Below the pieces are notes generated by a model. That model made no database searches. It was not told where the DNA came from and was given only the letters and a program-made list of their open reading frames with translations. From Cetorhinus maximus (Eukaryota), in NCBI RefSeq assembly GCF_964194155.1, contig NC_135899.1, forward strand, positions 10,230,001 through 10,294,000: 64,000 bases of DNA, read 5' to 3'. The translations under genes were made by a program, and so were the position numbers. Positions 36,460 through 48,825 of this stretch are shown here, one piece after another. How positions within the stretch are numbered: position 1 is the stretch's first letter; each line of letters opens with the position of its first letter.

Positions 36460-36530
36460 CCTGACTCATCCTATCTGAACACGGAACCATCATGAGGCTT
36501 GGAGAGAAACGGCAGCCGCTACCTGACATC
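36460..36530 (+). pseudogene. Orphan PRY fragment
   Basis: LILSEHGTIMRLGEKRQPLPD, nucleotide similarity to 31137-31204. Confidence 0.75.
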
Positions 36531-37515
36531 CAATCCTTTGCTTCCTCCTTATCAATTTTTAACTCTTATAGTGTATTAATTACCTCCTCTTTCACCGTGG
36601 CCTGTTTAACATCTTCTTCTTTGGTAAAGAAGGATACAATTTTTTATTTTAAACCTCAGCTATTTCCTCTATCTCCATGTGTAAATATCCTTTCATGAAT
36701 GATTTTTGCACAGGAAGCTTGGAGAGATGATGCAGTGGATTTTATGTTGAAGCCGGGTCCTCCCAGACAACTCCAGAATGCAGGGTTCTGTGCTCAATGG
36801 ATCATTACCATGTGGCCTTCGCCCAGGCAAAACAACATCAACTGATTCCTGAATGTTTCGGCGATCATCTGTCCCCCCAAGATTAGGAGTATTTTCTTTA
36901 TACAGTGGGTGGTGAAAATGTGGTTGGGGTGGTGGAGGTAGAGAGAGTATTGATGCACTGATATAGAGGCTTGAATTCCAAGATGTCTTTATTAAGCACA
37001 TGATGTATTTGCAGCTTCTTTTCTATATGGTTGTGCAAATTAAGTTTATTTTCGGAACCAAAGAAGCTTTCAGAAACTGGATGTCTTTTTAGGGAATTTT
37101 GAGGTCTGTGTTTTCATATCTGCCAGAACCCTGTGATGTCCGTACATCATTTTTTTCATGCTAATTAAGTAAAATTAATTTAAATGTTTTGAATGGCCAG
37201 TTCTTTTCTTTTAGTGCATGTGAATAGCAGGATGCAAAAGCAGCTGGGTGCTGTGTGAGAATTTAATATAAACATCTTGGTAGAAGCATAGGTAGGTAGA
37301 ACAAAGACAGTATCACTGAGCACCAAGGCCACCGCTATTTACTTCTTTTAGCCAAGCTGAACATTGTAATGTTTCCGAGCTGATAGAAATCTCAGCGCGG
37401 GGAGTCGGAGATCCTGAGACTCTGACCTGTCTTCGGCAGACTGATGGGTGCATCATATCTTCTGTAATTGGGCCGCTCAAATAATAGCGAGGTAAGATTG
37501 AGTTAAACAGGGATC

Positions 37516-38715
37516 CATAGAGTCATAGAGTCATAGGGGTCTACAGCACTGAAAAAGGCCCTTCAGCCGATAGAGTCTGTGCCAGTCAAACAAGTACCTA
37601 ACTGTTCTAATCTCATTTTCCAGCATGAGGCCCATAGCCCTGCATGCCATGGCATCGCAAGTGCACATCCAAGTACTTCTTAAATGTTATGAGGGTTTCT
37701 GTCTCTATCATAATTTCAGGCAGTGTGTTCCAGATTCCCACCACCCTCAGGGAGAAAAAAATCTTATTCACATACCCTCTAAATCTCTAAATCGATGCCC
37801 CCTGGTTATTGATCCCACCCCACCACCGCACCCCCCCCCCCGCCCCCCCGCCCCCCACAACACTAAGTGGAAAAGTTCCTTCCTGTCTACTCTCTCTATG
37901 CCCCTGATAATTTGATACACTTAAATCATACCCCCCCTCAATCTCCTCTGCTCCAAGGAAAATAACCCCAGCCTGTCCAATCTCTCCTCAGAACCAAAAG
38001 TCTCCAGCCCAGGCAACATCCTGGTAAATCTCCTCTGAACATCCTTCCTATAATGTGGATTCCAGAACTGCATGCAATACTCCAGCTGTGGCCTAACCAG
38101 CGTTTTATACAGTTCAGCATAACCTCACTGCTCTTATATTCTATGCCTCAGCTAATAAAGGCAAGTATCCCATGTGCCTTCTTAACCACCTTATCCACCT
38201 GTCCCGCTACCTTAAGGGACCAGTGGATATGCACACCAAAGTCCCTCTGATCCTCAGTACTTCCCAGGGTCCTGCCATTCATCGTGTATTCCCGTGCCTT
38301 GTTTGTCCTGCCCAGATGCATCACCTCACATTTATCCGGATTAAATTCCATTTGCCACTGATCAGCCCATCTGACAGCCCATTTATATGCTCCTGTAATC
38401 TAAGGCTATCCTCCTCACTTTTTACCACCTCACCAATTTTCGTGTCATTCGCGAACTTGCTGATCAACTCTCCTACATTCAAGTCTAAATTGTTTATATA
38501 CACCACAAACAGCAAGAGATCCAGCACCGATCTCTGTGGAACCCCACTGGACACATGCATCCAGGAGAAAAACTGGAGAAAAAATCTGGAGAGAAACACT
38601 CACCCACTACTCACCAATCAGCTCTCATTTTTGTGCTGACTTCAATTTTTGAAGCTTCCCCTCACTCGCGCTGGTTCTGATCTCTCTGCTGCTCTCTCGT
38701 CAGGTGATGTCACTC
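37516..38715 (-). mobile_element. CR1 LINE 3' fragment (37516-38560) joined to a putative CR1 5'-UTR-like piece
   Basis: SGVPQRSVL, KFAND, FNPDKCEVMH motifs; (catagagt)n tail; origin of 38560-38715 less certain. Confidence 0.85.
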
Positions 38716-38717
38716 AT

Positions 38718-39176
38718 GTTGTTTTTGGAAAAATATATTTTAATCATAAAATATCTGAAAGAACGTTACAAAACATTTCTAAATTACCATCAGGAAAAGT
38801 GCAATCATATTCAACTTTTATACGGATCACGAGGTGCTTCAATACAATCAATGAATGTTGCGGTCATTGCAATATGGTCATTGCGTACAGTCAGACAGTG
38901 CAATGGTATTGGAGTTATCGACATAATCATGTTGCACTCTGAGGTGCTTCAATAAAATTATAATACATTTTGTATTCACTACATACATTAATTGTGAGTC
39001 ATACAGTCCGAGGGGCCTATATAGTTCCCAGCCCCTCGGTGCACTATGTCTTAGACATCGACCTTTCCCCATTGCTCCTTGGAGGCTGCCCCGTGCTTTA
39101 GTGCGTCCCTCAGCACGTAGTCCTGGACCTTGGAATAGGCCAGTCTGCAACACTCGGTCGGGGACAACTCTTTGCA
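38718..39176 (-). mobile_element. Tx1 (L1-clade) LINE 3' fragment
   Basis: Minus strand translates CKELSPTECCRLAYSKVQDYVLRDALKHGAASKEQWGK, typical of Tx1 ORF2 C-terminus, followed by AT-rich 3' UTR. Confidence 0.72.
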
Positions 39177-41088
39177 CAAGACCCACGTCACATCCGAGTT
39201 CACTAAAATGCACCAGATTCTTACTGAGAAAGGGCAACGTTTATTGTTGCTGAAACAGATGGAGCAAAAATACCAGTTGACATTTCTGAAGGTGAAGGAA
39301 TAGATTGCGGGTCAGTTCAGTGAAACATCACACGGTCACAAAATATCAGATCGTAACTAGGAAATGAAAGCAGCATTTACTCTCTAATTAGAAACGGATT
39401 AAAACGGATTGTTTTTCTATTCAGGGCGATTCTTCTGTTGCCACCGAAGTAATCGATTCGAACCCTGTCAGCAGAATCCCGATTGGCGATGCTTGGAACC
39501 TCTAGGCAATGTGATGACGTGATTTGGAGACTTGGGTTCTCATTATTTCCGCCTTGTCCAACTATAATTTTCTCTTCGAACTCTCATTGTAATCCAATTC
39601 CTGTTCCATATTTTGGCGGTGTGCGTGTGTCTAGTGAGGTGGGTGTGGCGATCACTGTGCTTAGGAAGTGGACTGAATTGATGTGCAGTTTGTGTTGCAT
39701 CAACGAATATTTTTTTCAAAAATGCACCGCTTTTACTCTTTCCTGATGAATCCCTGTCTGCCCCTTTGCGCATTTCACGAGCCTATTTCCTCCTGAAATT
39801 TGTTACTGTCCTCCTGTTTGTTCTTACTTCATTTATTTCAGGAGGAAGCTTGTCAGAAGTGAAGGTAGGTCGTGCTTTACTGAAACTCTGTACATATTGG
39901 TAAAACAGCTTAGAAAATTCTTGTTATGGATTTCTTTCCAGGTTACCATAGCAGCGTTAAAGGACCGTACGTCGGGCAACAATAACTGATCATATTTTAC
40001 GCACGAGTTATTGTTATAACATTCTTTATTGCAGTTTCCAAACGGTAGTAGATTTTATATAACCGTGTATTAAGTGGCAAGTGGGCACGGGGTCCCGAAG
40101 TGATCACTTGCAGGCTGTAGGCTGCTTTCCTGGCTGTGGCCTTCCGGCTGACCCTGAGACACGACCCATGTTTCCAGGAGTGGGGCGTCCATGTGCCTCC
40201 ATGGAGCATGTGGAACTGGAAAAGTCATACCATAAAGGAGGAGCGTGTTTGTGTTTACACTATAATACAATCTTGCAACCTGGACAACCACAACAGCAAT
40301 AAGTTCTACTTACAAAGCATGTTTAACATATTAGAAAATCCCAAGGCATTTCACAAGATCGTTATAAAGCAAAATTGACACCGAACCACATAAGCAGATA
40401 TTAACACAGATAACGGAGGTAGGTCTCAAAGGAGGAACGAGAGATAGAGCGGAGGGGAGGGTTAGTGAGTGGGTCGGGGTTCGGGGTGGGGGGGGAGGTG
40501 ATGGTGGAATTCTAGAGCTTAGGCCCAGTTGATGGGCCAGCCATCAGTAGTGGAGCGACTAAAATCAGGGATATTCAAGGGCGAGAAGTAGAGCAGCGCA
40601 GGTGTCTAGGAGGGTTGCGGGGCCCACATATTACATAGTTGGATGTAAAACTTTTTAGATGTTATCAACCTTTATTTTTGTTCTGCAAACTTTGTTTCTA
40701 ATACAACTAAAAATATATTTTCCTGTGCTAAGTGGTGTTTTGGAAACTAGTCTATTATCACGCTATGAACCTTTTCCTTGACATTGGCTTTTCCAATCTC
40801 TGCCCTTTGCATTTCCAAGTTATGCTTCTCTCAGTTATAGAAACAACATTAGCATTTCACTTTCTATATTTGCTCGATCACAACAGTCGAACGAATATCT
40901 TAAACATTTAAAACAATTCTAACATATTCCAACAAAGATTAATTTATAACATCAACCGTTTAATGCTTTCAGGATCAGAGAATACTGTCAGTCACTCTCA
41001 GTGTCCGATGCTGCTCTGTCTATTGGAAAATTCACAGGCCCTTTACAGTGCACAGCGTGGAGAGAAATGAGTGGCGTCATTAACCCCG
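39176..41088 (+). pseudogene. TRIM copy 2, partial: exon 3 remnant 39176-39291, exon 4 39842-39864, exon 5 40973-41088
   Basis: THVTSEFTKMHQILTEKGQRLL with ~100-bp internal deletion; exon 4 EEACQK* (TGA 39860-39862); exon 5 IREYCQSLSVSDAALSIGKFTGPLQCTAWREMSGVINP; introns align to copy 1. Confidence 0.9.
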
Positions 41089-41524
41089 GTAAAACTCTGC
41101 GTTTCCCTGATTATAAATGAGATTGTTAAGGGGCTAAAGGGGCTCCAAGGCCCCAGATTAAATGCTCACATTGCCCGGTTTTTAATCCCGGGATCTCTCC
41201 ATTCCCATATTTTGCTTTTTGTGGGCTCCTCTGATTAAGCGGTTGATGTTAGCTCTGTATGTCAAAGCAGTGAAGGGATCTGTATAACCAGAGAAACAGA
41301 GACGGATCTCAGGACAAGAAAGGGAATTTCTAGAGAAGTTTGGATTTGTCTCGTCTGGAGCTCTGTGTAACATTTTCATGATCAACCTAATTTGTGAAAG
41401 ACATGCAGATAATGGGGAGCATGTGAGAGCATTGGAGGGAATTAATTTGTTCTATGAAATTAGACACTTTAGTCAACATGAGGGGAAATCACTTCTGGAA
41501 AAGGGACGGCGTGTGCTGATTTGA

Positions 41525-42865
41525 TCAGAATCACAGAATCACTTAATTATTACAGCGCAGAAAGAGGCCATTCGGCCCATCATGTCTGCATCGGCTCTCC
41601 CAGTGAGCAACTTACTTAATGCCATTCTCCCGCATTTCTCCCCGTAGCCCTGGACATCGGTCCTTTGTAGATAAGAGTCAAATTCCCGTTTGATCGCTTC
41701 AATTTTACTTGCCTCCACCATACTCAGGCAGCACATCGCAAAACTTAAGCACTCGCTGTGTGAAAGAAAATATTTTCCTTATGTCGCTTTTGCTTCTTTA
41801 TTAATTACTTTAAACCTGTGCCCTCTCTTTCTCGATCCTTCCACTTGTGGGAGCAGTTTCTCGCTATCTACTCTGTCTAAAGCGCTCGTGATTTTGAATA
41901 CTTCTATCAAATGTCATCGCATCCTCCTTTTCTCTGAGGAAAACAGCCGGAATTTCTCTAATCTATTTTAATAACTGAAGTTCCATGTCCCTGAAATCAT
42001 TCCCGTGAAAAGTTTCTGCATTCAATGAACGGTATGACACTAGGAAGCTCTGAGGAAAAAAGGGACCTTGGCGTGTGTGTCCATAGATCTCTGGAGGCGG
42101 AGGGGTATGTTAGTGGGGTGGTGAAAAAGGCATATGGGACACTTGCCTTTATCAATCGAGGCACAGATTACAAAAATAGGGAGGTCATGTTGGAGATGTA
42201 TAGAACATTGGTGAGACCACAGCTGGAGCACTGTGGGCAGTTCAGGTGGCCACATTATAGGAAGGATGTGATTGCCCTGGAGGGGGTGCAGAGGAAATTC
42301 ACCAGGATGTTGCCATTTAAGTTATGAAGAGAGGTTGGACAGACTTGGGTTGTTTTCGTTGGAGCAGAGAAGACTGAGTGGCGACCTGATCGAGATGTAC
42401 AAGATTATGAGGGGCATGGACAGGGTGCATAGAGAGCAGCTGTTCCCCTTAATTGAAGGGTGAGTCACGAGGGGACATATGTTCAAGATGAGGGGCAGGA
42501 GGTTTAGGGTAGTTGTGAGGAAAAACGTTTTTTATCCAAAGGGTCTGGAATGCGCTGCCTGGGAGGGTGGTGGAGGCGGGTTGCCTCACATCCTTTAAAA
42601 AGTACCTGGATGAGTACTTGGCACGTCATAACATTCAAGGCTATGGGCCAAGTGCAGGTAAATGGGATTAGGTAGGTAGCTCAGGTGTTTCTCACGTGTC
42701 GGTGCAGACTCGATAGGCCGAAAGGCCTCTTCTGCACTCTGTGATTCCCTCCAATGCCTTCATTTCCTACCTAAAATGCAGCGCTCAGAATTGGATGTAA
42801 TACTCCAGCTGAGGCCGAACTAGTGTCTTATACAAGTTCAACATAGCCCCCTTGCTCTTGTACAC
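41525..42865 (-). mobile_element. CR1 3' fragment containing a nested opposite-strand CR1 3' fragment (42022-42748, +)
   Basis: Minus-strand CR1 resumes after insert (tttctgca...|ccctccaatgcc); insert encodes AYGTLAFINRG...LVRPQLEHC...LSGDLIE. Confidence 0.85.
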
Positions 42866-42866
42866 T

Positions 42867-45800
42867 GCGATGGCATAGTGGTATTGTCGCCCGGGCTCGA
42901 ATCCCAGTAATAAAAAGCCTCTGGAATTAAAAGTCTAATGATGACCATGAAACCGTTGTCGATTGTTGTAGAAACCCATCTGCTTCACTAGTGTTCTCAG
43001 GAGAACCACACCCCACCAACAACAACAGACTCTAAAATAGCCTAGCAAGTCACTCAGTTGTATCAAACTGATACAAAGCCTCAACAAACGAAACCGGACG
43101 GGTCACGGGAAACGACAACGCAAATCTCAGCCCTGTTGACCCTGCAAAGTCCTCCTTACTAGTTTCATACACTAGTGAAACGTGACATGTTCATCCGCAC
43201 CTAATCATATCTTACAGAAAATGCCCCAGATACCACCTTCATCACCATTCCTGGGTATGTCCTGTTCCACCGGCAGGATTGACCTAGCAGAGGTAGCGGC
43301 ACAGTGATATATAGCAGGAATTGCGTTGGCCTGGGAGCCCTGAACATCGACTCCGGACCCTACGAAGCCTCATGGCATCAGTTCGAACATGTGCAAAGAC
43401 ACCTCCTGCTGTCCTCCCTCAGCTGATGAATCAGTGCTCCTCCATGCTAAACACTAGTTGGACAAAGGGTAGCAAGGGCGCAGAATGCACTCTGGGTGGG
43501 GGACCTCAATGTCCATGACCAAGGATGGCTCAGTACCATCACTACCGACTGAGCTGGCCGAGTAAATGACATAGCTGCTAGGCTAGGTCTGCGGCAAGTA
43601 GAGAGGGGGAATCAAGAAGAGAGAAAAACATACTTGGGCTCCCCCTCACAAGCCTGCCTGCCGTAGATGAATCTGTCTATGACAGCATCGTAGGAGTGAC
43701 CACCGCACAGTCATTCTGGAGACAAAGCCCTGCCTTCACATTGAGGATACCCTCCATCGTGTTGTGTGGCACTATCATCGTGCTAAATATAACAGATGTT
43801 GAACCGATCTAGCAAATGAAGATTGGGCATCCATGAGGTTCTGTGGGCCATCAGCAGCAGCTGAGTTGTACTGGGACACAACCTGTAACCTCATGGCCCA
43901 GCATATCCCCAAATCTACCACTGCCATTAAGCCAGGAGATGAACGCAGAAGGGCATGCCAGGAGCAGCACCAGACATGAGGTGATATTCGCTGACAACTG
44001 CACGATGTCCAGTGCCATTCGTGACTCTTCAGATACTGGTAAAAATGAGGTGTCAACCTGGTGAATCTACAACACAGGACGACTTGCATGCCAAACAGCA
44101 TAAGCAACAAGTGATAGACAGAGCGAAGGGATCCCACAACCAACGGATCTGATCTAAGCCCTGCAGCCCTGCCACATCCAGTCGTGAATGGTGGTGGACA
44201 ATTAAACAACTCACTGGAGGGGGCGGCTCCATAAATATCCCCATCCTCAATGATGGAGGAGCCCAGCTCATCAATGCAAAAGATAAGGCTGACGCATTTG
44301 CTACAATCTTCCACCAGAAGTACTCAGTGGCTTATCCATCTCGGCTTCTTCTGGAGGTCCCCAGCATCACAGATGCCAAGGTTCAGCCAAAGCAATTCTC
44401 TCCAAGTGAAATCAAGAAACGACTGAAGGTACAGGATTCTGCAAAGGCTATGGGCCCTGACAATGTTCCAGTAATAGTAGTGAAGACCTAAGCTCCAGAA
44501 CTTGCCCCTACCCAAGCTGTTCCAGTACTACTACAATACTGGCATCTACCCTGCTATGTGGAAAATTGCCAAGGTATGTACTGTACACAAAAAGCAGGAC
44601 AAACCTAACCCGGCCAATTACCGCCCCATAAGTCTACATCGATCATATGTAAGTTAATGGAATAGGTCATCAACAGTGCTATCAAACAGCATTTGCTTAG
44701 CAATAGCCTGCTCACTAACACCAAGCTTGGATTCCACCAGGGTCACTCCGCTCCTGACCTCATTACAGCCTTGGTTCAAAAATGGACAAAAGAGCTAAAT
44801 TCTCGAAGTGAGTTGACAGAGACTGCCCTTGACATCAAGGCCACATTTGACCGAGTGTGACATCAAGGAGCCTTGGCAAAACGAGTCAATGGAAATCAGG
44901 GGGAAATCTCTGCTGGTTGGATTCATACCTAGCATGAAGGAAGGTGGTTGTGGTTGAGGTCAGTCATCTAAGCTCCAGGACATTACTGAGTTCCTCAGGT
45001 TAGTGTCTTGGGCCCAACCATCTTCAGTTGCTTCATCAATGACCTTCCTTCCATCATAAGGTCAGAAGCGGAGATGTTCGCCGATGATTGCATAATGTTC
45101 AACACCATTCGTGGTTCCTCAGATATTCAGGCAGTCCATGTCCAAATGCAGCAAGACCTGGACAATACCCAGGCTTTGGCTGACAAGTGGCAAGAAACAT
45201 TCATGCCACACAAGTGTCAGGCAATGACCATCTCCAACAAGAGAGAACCTAACCATCGTCCCAAATGTTCAATGGCATTACCATCACCGAATCCCCCACC
45301 AGCAACATCCTGGGGGTTACCATTGGCCAGAAACTGAACAGGATCAGCTGGACTACTGTGGCTACAAGTGCAGGTCGGAGGCTAGGAATCCTGCGACGAT
45401 TAACCCACCTCCTGACTCCCCAAATCTTGTCCAACATCGACAAGGAACAAGTCAGGGGTGTGATGGAATACTCCCCTCTTGCCTGGATGAGTGCAGCTCC
45501 GACAACACTCAAGAAGCTTAACACCATCCAGACAAAGCAGCCCGCTTGATTGTCACCACATCCACGCAGTGGTAGCAGTGTGTACCATCTACAAGATGCA
45601 CTGCAGGAATTCACCAAGGTTCCTCGGACAGCAACTAACAAACACATGACCACAACCATCTAGAAGGACAAGGACAGCAGGTAGATGGAAACACTACCGC
45701 CTGGAAGTTCCGCTCCAAGTCACTCACCATTCTGACTTGGAAATATATTCCCGTTCCTTCACTGCCGCTGGGCCGAAATCCTGGAACTCCCTCCATCACA

Positions 45801-45928
45801 TGGACTGCAGCGGTTCCAGAAGGCAGCTCACCTCGAGCTTCTCATTGATAATTAGGGATGGGCAATGCATTCTGGCCTAGCCAGCGATGCCCACATCCTA
45901 TCGATACATTAATAAATTAAAAATAAAA
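42867..45928 (+). mobile_element. Full-length decayed single-ORF CR1-clade LINE with tRNA-derived 5' head
   Basis: A box TGGCATAGTGG 42871-42881, B box GGCTCGAATCC 42894-42904; APE from ~43150 (SYL, IPGY, GDLNVH, RSDH), KAMGPD, NYRPISL, LDIKATFDRV, GPTIFSCFINDL, MFADD; A-rich tail. Confidence 0.88.
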
Positions 45929-45929
45929 T

Positions 45930-48820
45930 TCGCAGACATCCTTATATCGCAGACGTTTGCTTCCTGTTGGCCTGATGCCAATTCGAGGTTGCAACTGAGA
46001 ATGTCTTTGGGAATGTGGCAGTCACATGACCCAGGCAATGGAGGTTGTTTATCTTAACGAAAGGTGTAGTCTCTGCACCCTGGACCGTATCTTTGAAGAC
46101 CAAACCTGACGCTGATTTCCAGTCCAAACACCTTTCAGGTCAGGGATCTACAAGCTGCTGCAAGTGAGCTTCAATATAGGCTGCCAGCACAGCTTTAGCA
46201 GCAAACAGCAAGTCACAGACTAAGGCTTCGCGTACGTTGGTTTTGATGCACAGCCTTACCAAATTGAACAGTTTGCCGTCAGTTCTGCATGCAGGTAGGC
46301 ACCCTCATTCGACTTGCCAAAAGTGTACAATAGCAACATAGGAAAAAATATGCCAAAGAGAATTGGCGCCAGAGCATTTCCCTGCTTTACTCGACTGCTG
46401 ACTTTGAAAGCACTTGATGTTCCTACGTTGCAATTGACGGAACTATGCATGTTCTCGTGTAAAAAAGGATGGTGCCCTGGGGTCCAGGAGGGCAGACTAT
46501 TTTCCTCAGCGGTTTGTAGAGTCCATCCCTGTTGACTAAATCGAAGGCCTTGGGGAGGTCTACGGAGGCAATGTCGAGTGCTCTGTGCTAATCTTGGCAC
46601 TTTCCCTCCAACTCTGAAGTAAGAAAACCATGTCGACTATCGATCTGTCCGCTCTTAAGTCGCACTGACACTCAGGATAGATGCGTGTTGCCAAGGTCTG
46701 CAATCTGGTCAGAGGAACGCGAGCAAAGATCTTCCCCATAATACTAAGCAAGTAGATGCCTCGATAACTGTTGCACTCACTGCCATCTCCATTTCTTTTC
46801 TACAAGGTAACCATGTTTCCATCACGTTTGTCTTGAGGCACAGATCGGTCCTTCCAACAAGACACAAACGTTCATGGAAATGCTCCAGCAGTGCTCGTTT
46901 TCTGCTTTTGATATTTTCGGGTGGAATGCCAACAATTAGCAGCTTTGCCACTGGCCAGACAGTTAATGGCTTTCTTGAGTTCCATTACATTGGGCTCACT
47001 ATCTGGCTCCCTCATGATTGGAACGTCTGGAATGGCACCGAGAGCTTCTTTAGTGACAATGATCCCCATTTCGTGGAATTTGAGATCGTTGTCCACCAGC
47101 CTTCTATCTAATTGCTAGGTTCAGTGATGATCATCCCTATCTTTGTCTTCAAGTGAGCTGCCTTGTTTGCTGCTGGGCTCGTTGCTTTCTTAATTCCGTC
47201 ATACATCCCTGTAGCATCCTGGAATACATCAGCAGATTGTATCCTTTTGCAGAGTTTCAATGAATATCGATTGGTGCATTACTGAGGAGTCTGCTGAGAC
47301 TCGATTCTGGCAGTCCTGAGTGTATATAGCTGTTATTTGCTGGAGAGTTTCTGCTGGTTCATGAGGGCTCTCCTCTTGGTTGCAGTGATCGACTCAATGT
47401 TAGATGGCGTTGCACAGATGATCCCACTCTGACTCCACACTCTGGCCTTGAGTGTTGTTGTCTGAAAGATCCCGATTGAGGATGTTGAGAAACGCCTGGG
47501 TCATTCCTGGGTCAGTGGTAGGGTAAGTGTTTATCCGAGAATGATCTTTCTTCTCGGAGTGGTTTCGTTTCCTTAGCTGAAGCCTGCTCTTGCTACAGAA
47601 CAGGGAGTGGTCAGTGCCACAGTCAGCGCTGTGATAGCTGTGGGTCATGTGGACACTGTTGAGGATGTTATTACTGGTGATGACAAGGCCTAGCTGGCGC
47701 CAGTGGCACGAACTCGCATGTCTCCAGGACACCTTGTGGCATGGCTCGGTTTGCAAGGAACTGTTCATCACAACGAGTCCATGGCGCCAGAAACGTCTCT
47801 CCATTTTCATTCATCTTGCCGGTTCCTTGGTGCCCTGTGCACAACGTCCAAGTTGTGCAGTCGGCACCCACCCCTGTATTGAAGACCCCGAGAAGGAATA
47901 ATCCCTCGGTGCTGGGTATTATGTTGATAGCAACGTCAGGTGCTCTGGCCTGATCCTTGACATCTGGGGTGGAGGTGAATGTTAACGCATAGATGCACAT
48001 GTGGCTAACTGGGTCCACACGTGTTGACAAACAAGGAGCACGAAGTCTCTCTGAGCCTTCTGTGGGCGGGGAAGTGGCGGGGTTGGTGGTGATGGGGTGG
48101 GGGAGGTGGGGGCTGTAGTTCAATCATCACAAGAAGCCTGTTATTTTTACTGCAAGATTGACTCCATGCTCACGCGATGCCTCTTGAGATTTCTCCTGCC
48201 AGAAGAACGTGTAGTGTTTCTTTTTAAGGGGTACACTTTCAGCAAACCCAGTTTCTTGCAGTGCAGGTATGTCTACATCGAGCCTTGTAAGTTCTACGTC
48301 GCTGACAGTTGTCTTGCATGAAAAATAAATCTGCAGAAAGTCGTCGGTAAGGCCAGGATGCATGGTCCTTATGTTCCACCTTGCAAGGTAAATAAACTGG
48401 TGTATTATTTGAACTTGCTTTGCCCGGTGTATAGATTATCGACCCGCATGTTGAGAGATAACTCTCTAAGCTCCAAACACCCATTGATGCAGGCAGGCCG
48501 TGGAAGGACGACACCTAATTGACTGAGGCCAGCTTGGACCTGGTTGTAGTTAACAAATGAGACATGATGCTCCAGCGCCCACCTCCACGACCATCAAACA
48601 TACCCCCTGGTGCTAATTCCCCACGCTAATTGAGAGAGAATTTGTAAACCGTAACTGCTTCTTCCCATGTTGTGCCAACATAATCCACGAAGCTGGAGTG
48701 TCCACTCCAGGCACAGGCTTGGTCGTATAGCATGGAGACCCTGAATTCCCCAAGCATCAAGACCCCATAACAACTACCACCCCCCACGCACCTCACCCCC
48801 ATCCCCTCGCTGGCATTGTT
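45930..48820 (-). mobile_element. RTE-clade (BovB-like) LINE, decayed, with internal deletions
   Basis: DIPALQET...YTFFWQ...REHGV (APE), HKVSWRH, ADCGTDH, LLSIMGKIFARV...YPECQC, VKQG..LAPILFGIFF, RLRYKDVC; 5' limit approximate. Confidence 0.88.
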
Positions 48821-48825
48821 AGCAT

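Noticed and set aside
36700-36900. Possible exon in unique sequence
   Set aside because: Weak acceptor, no recognisable domain and no partner exons
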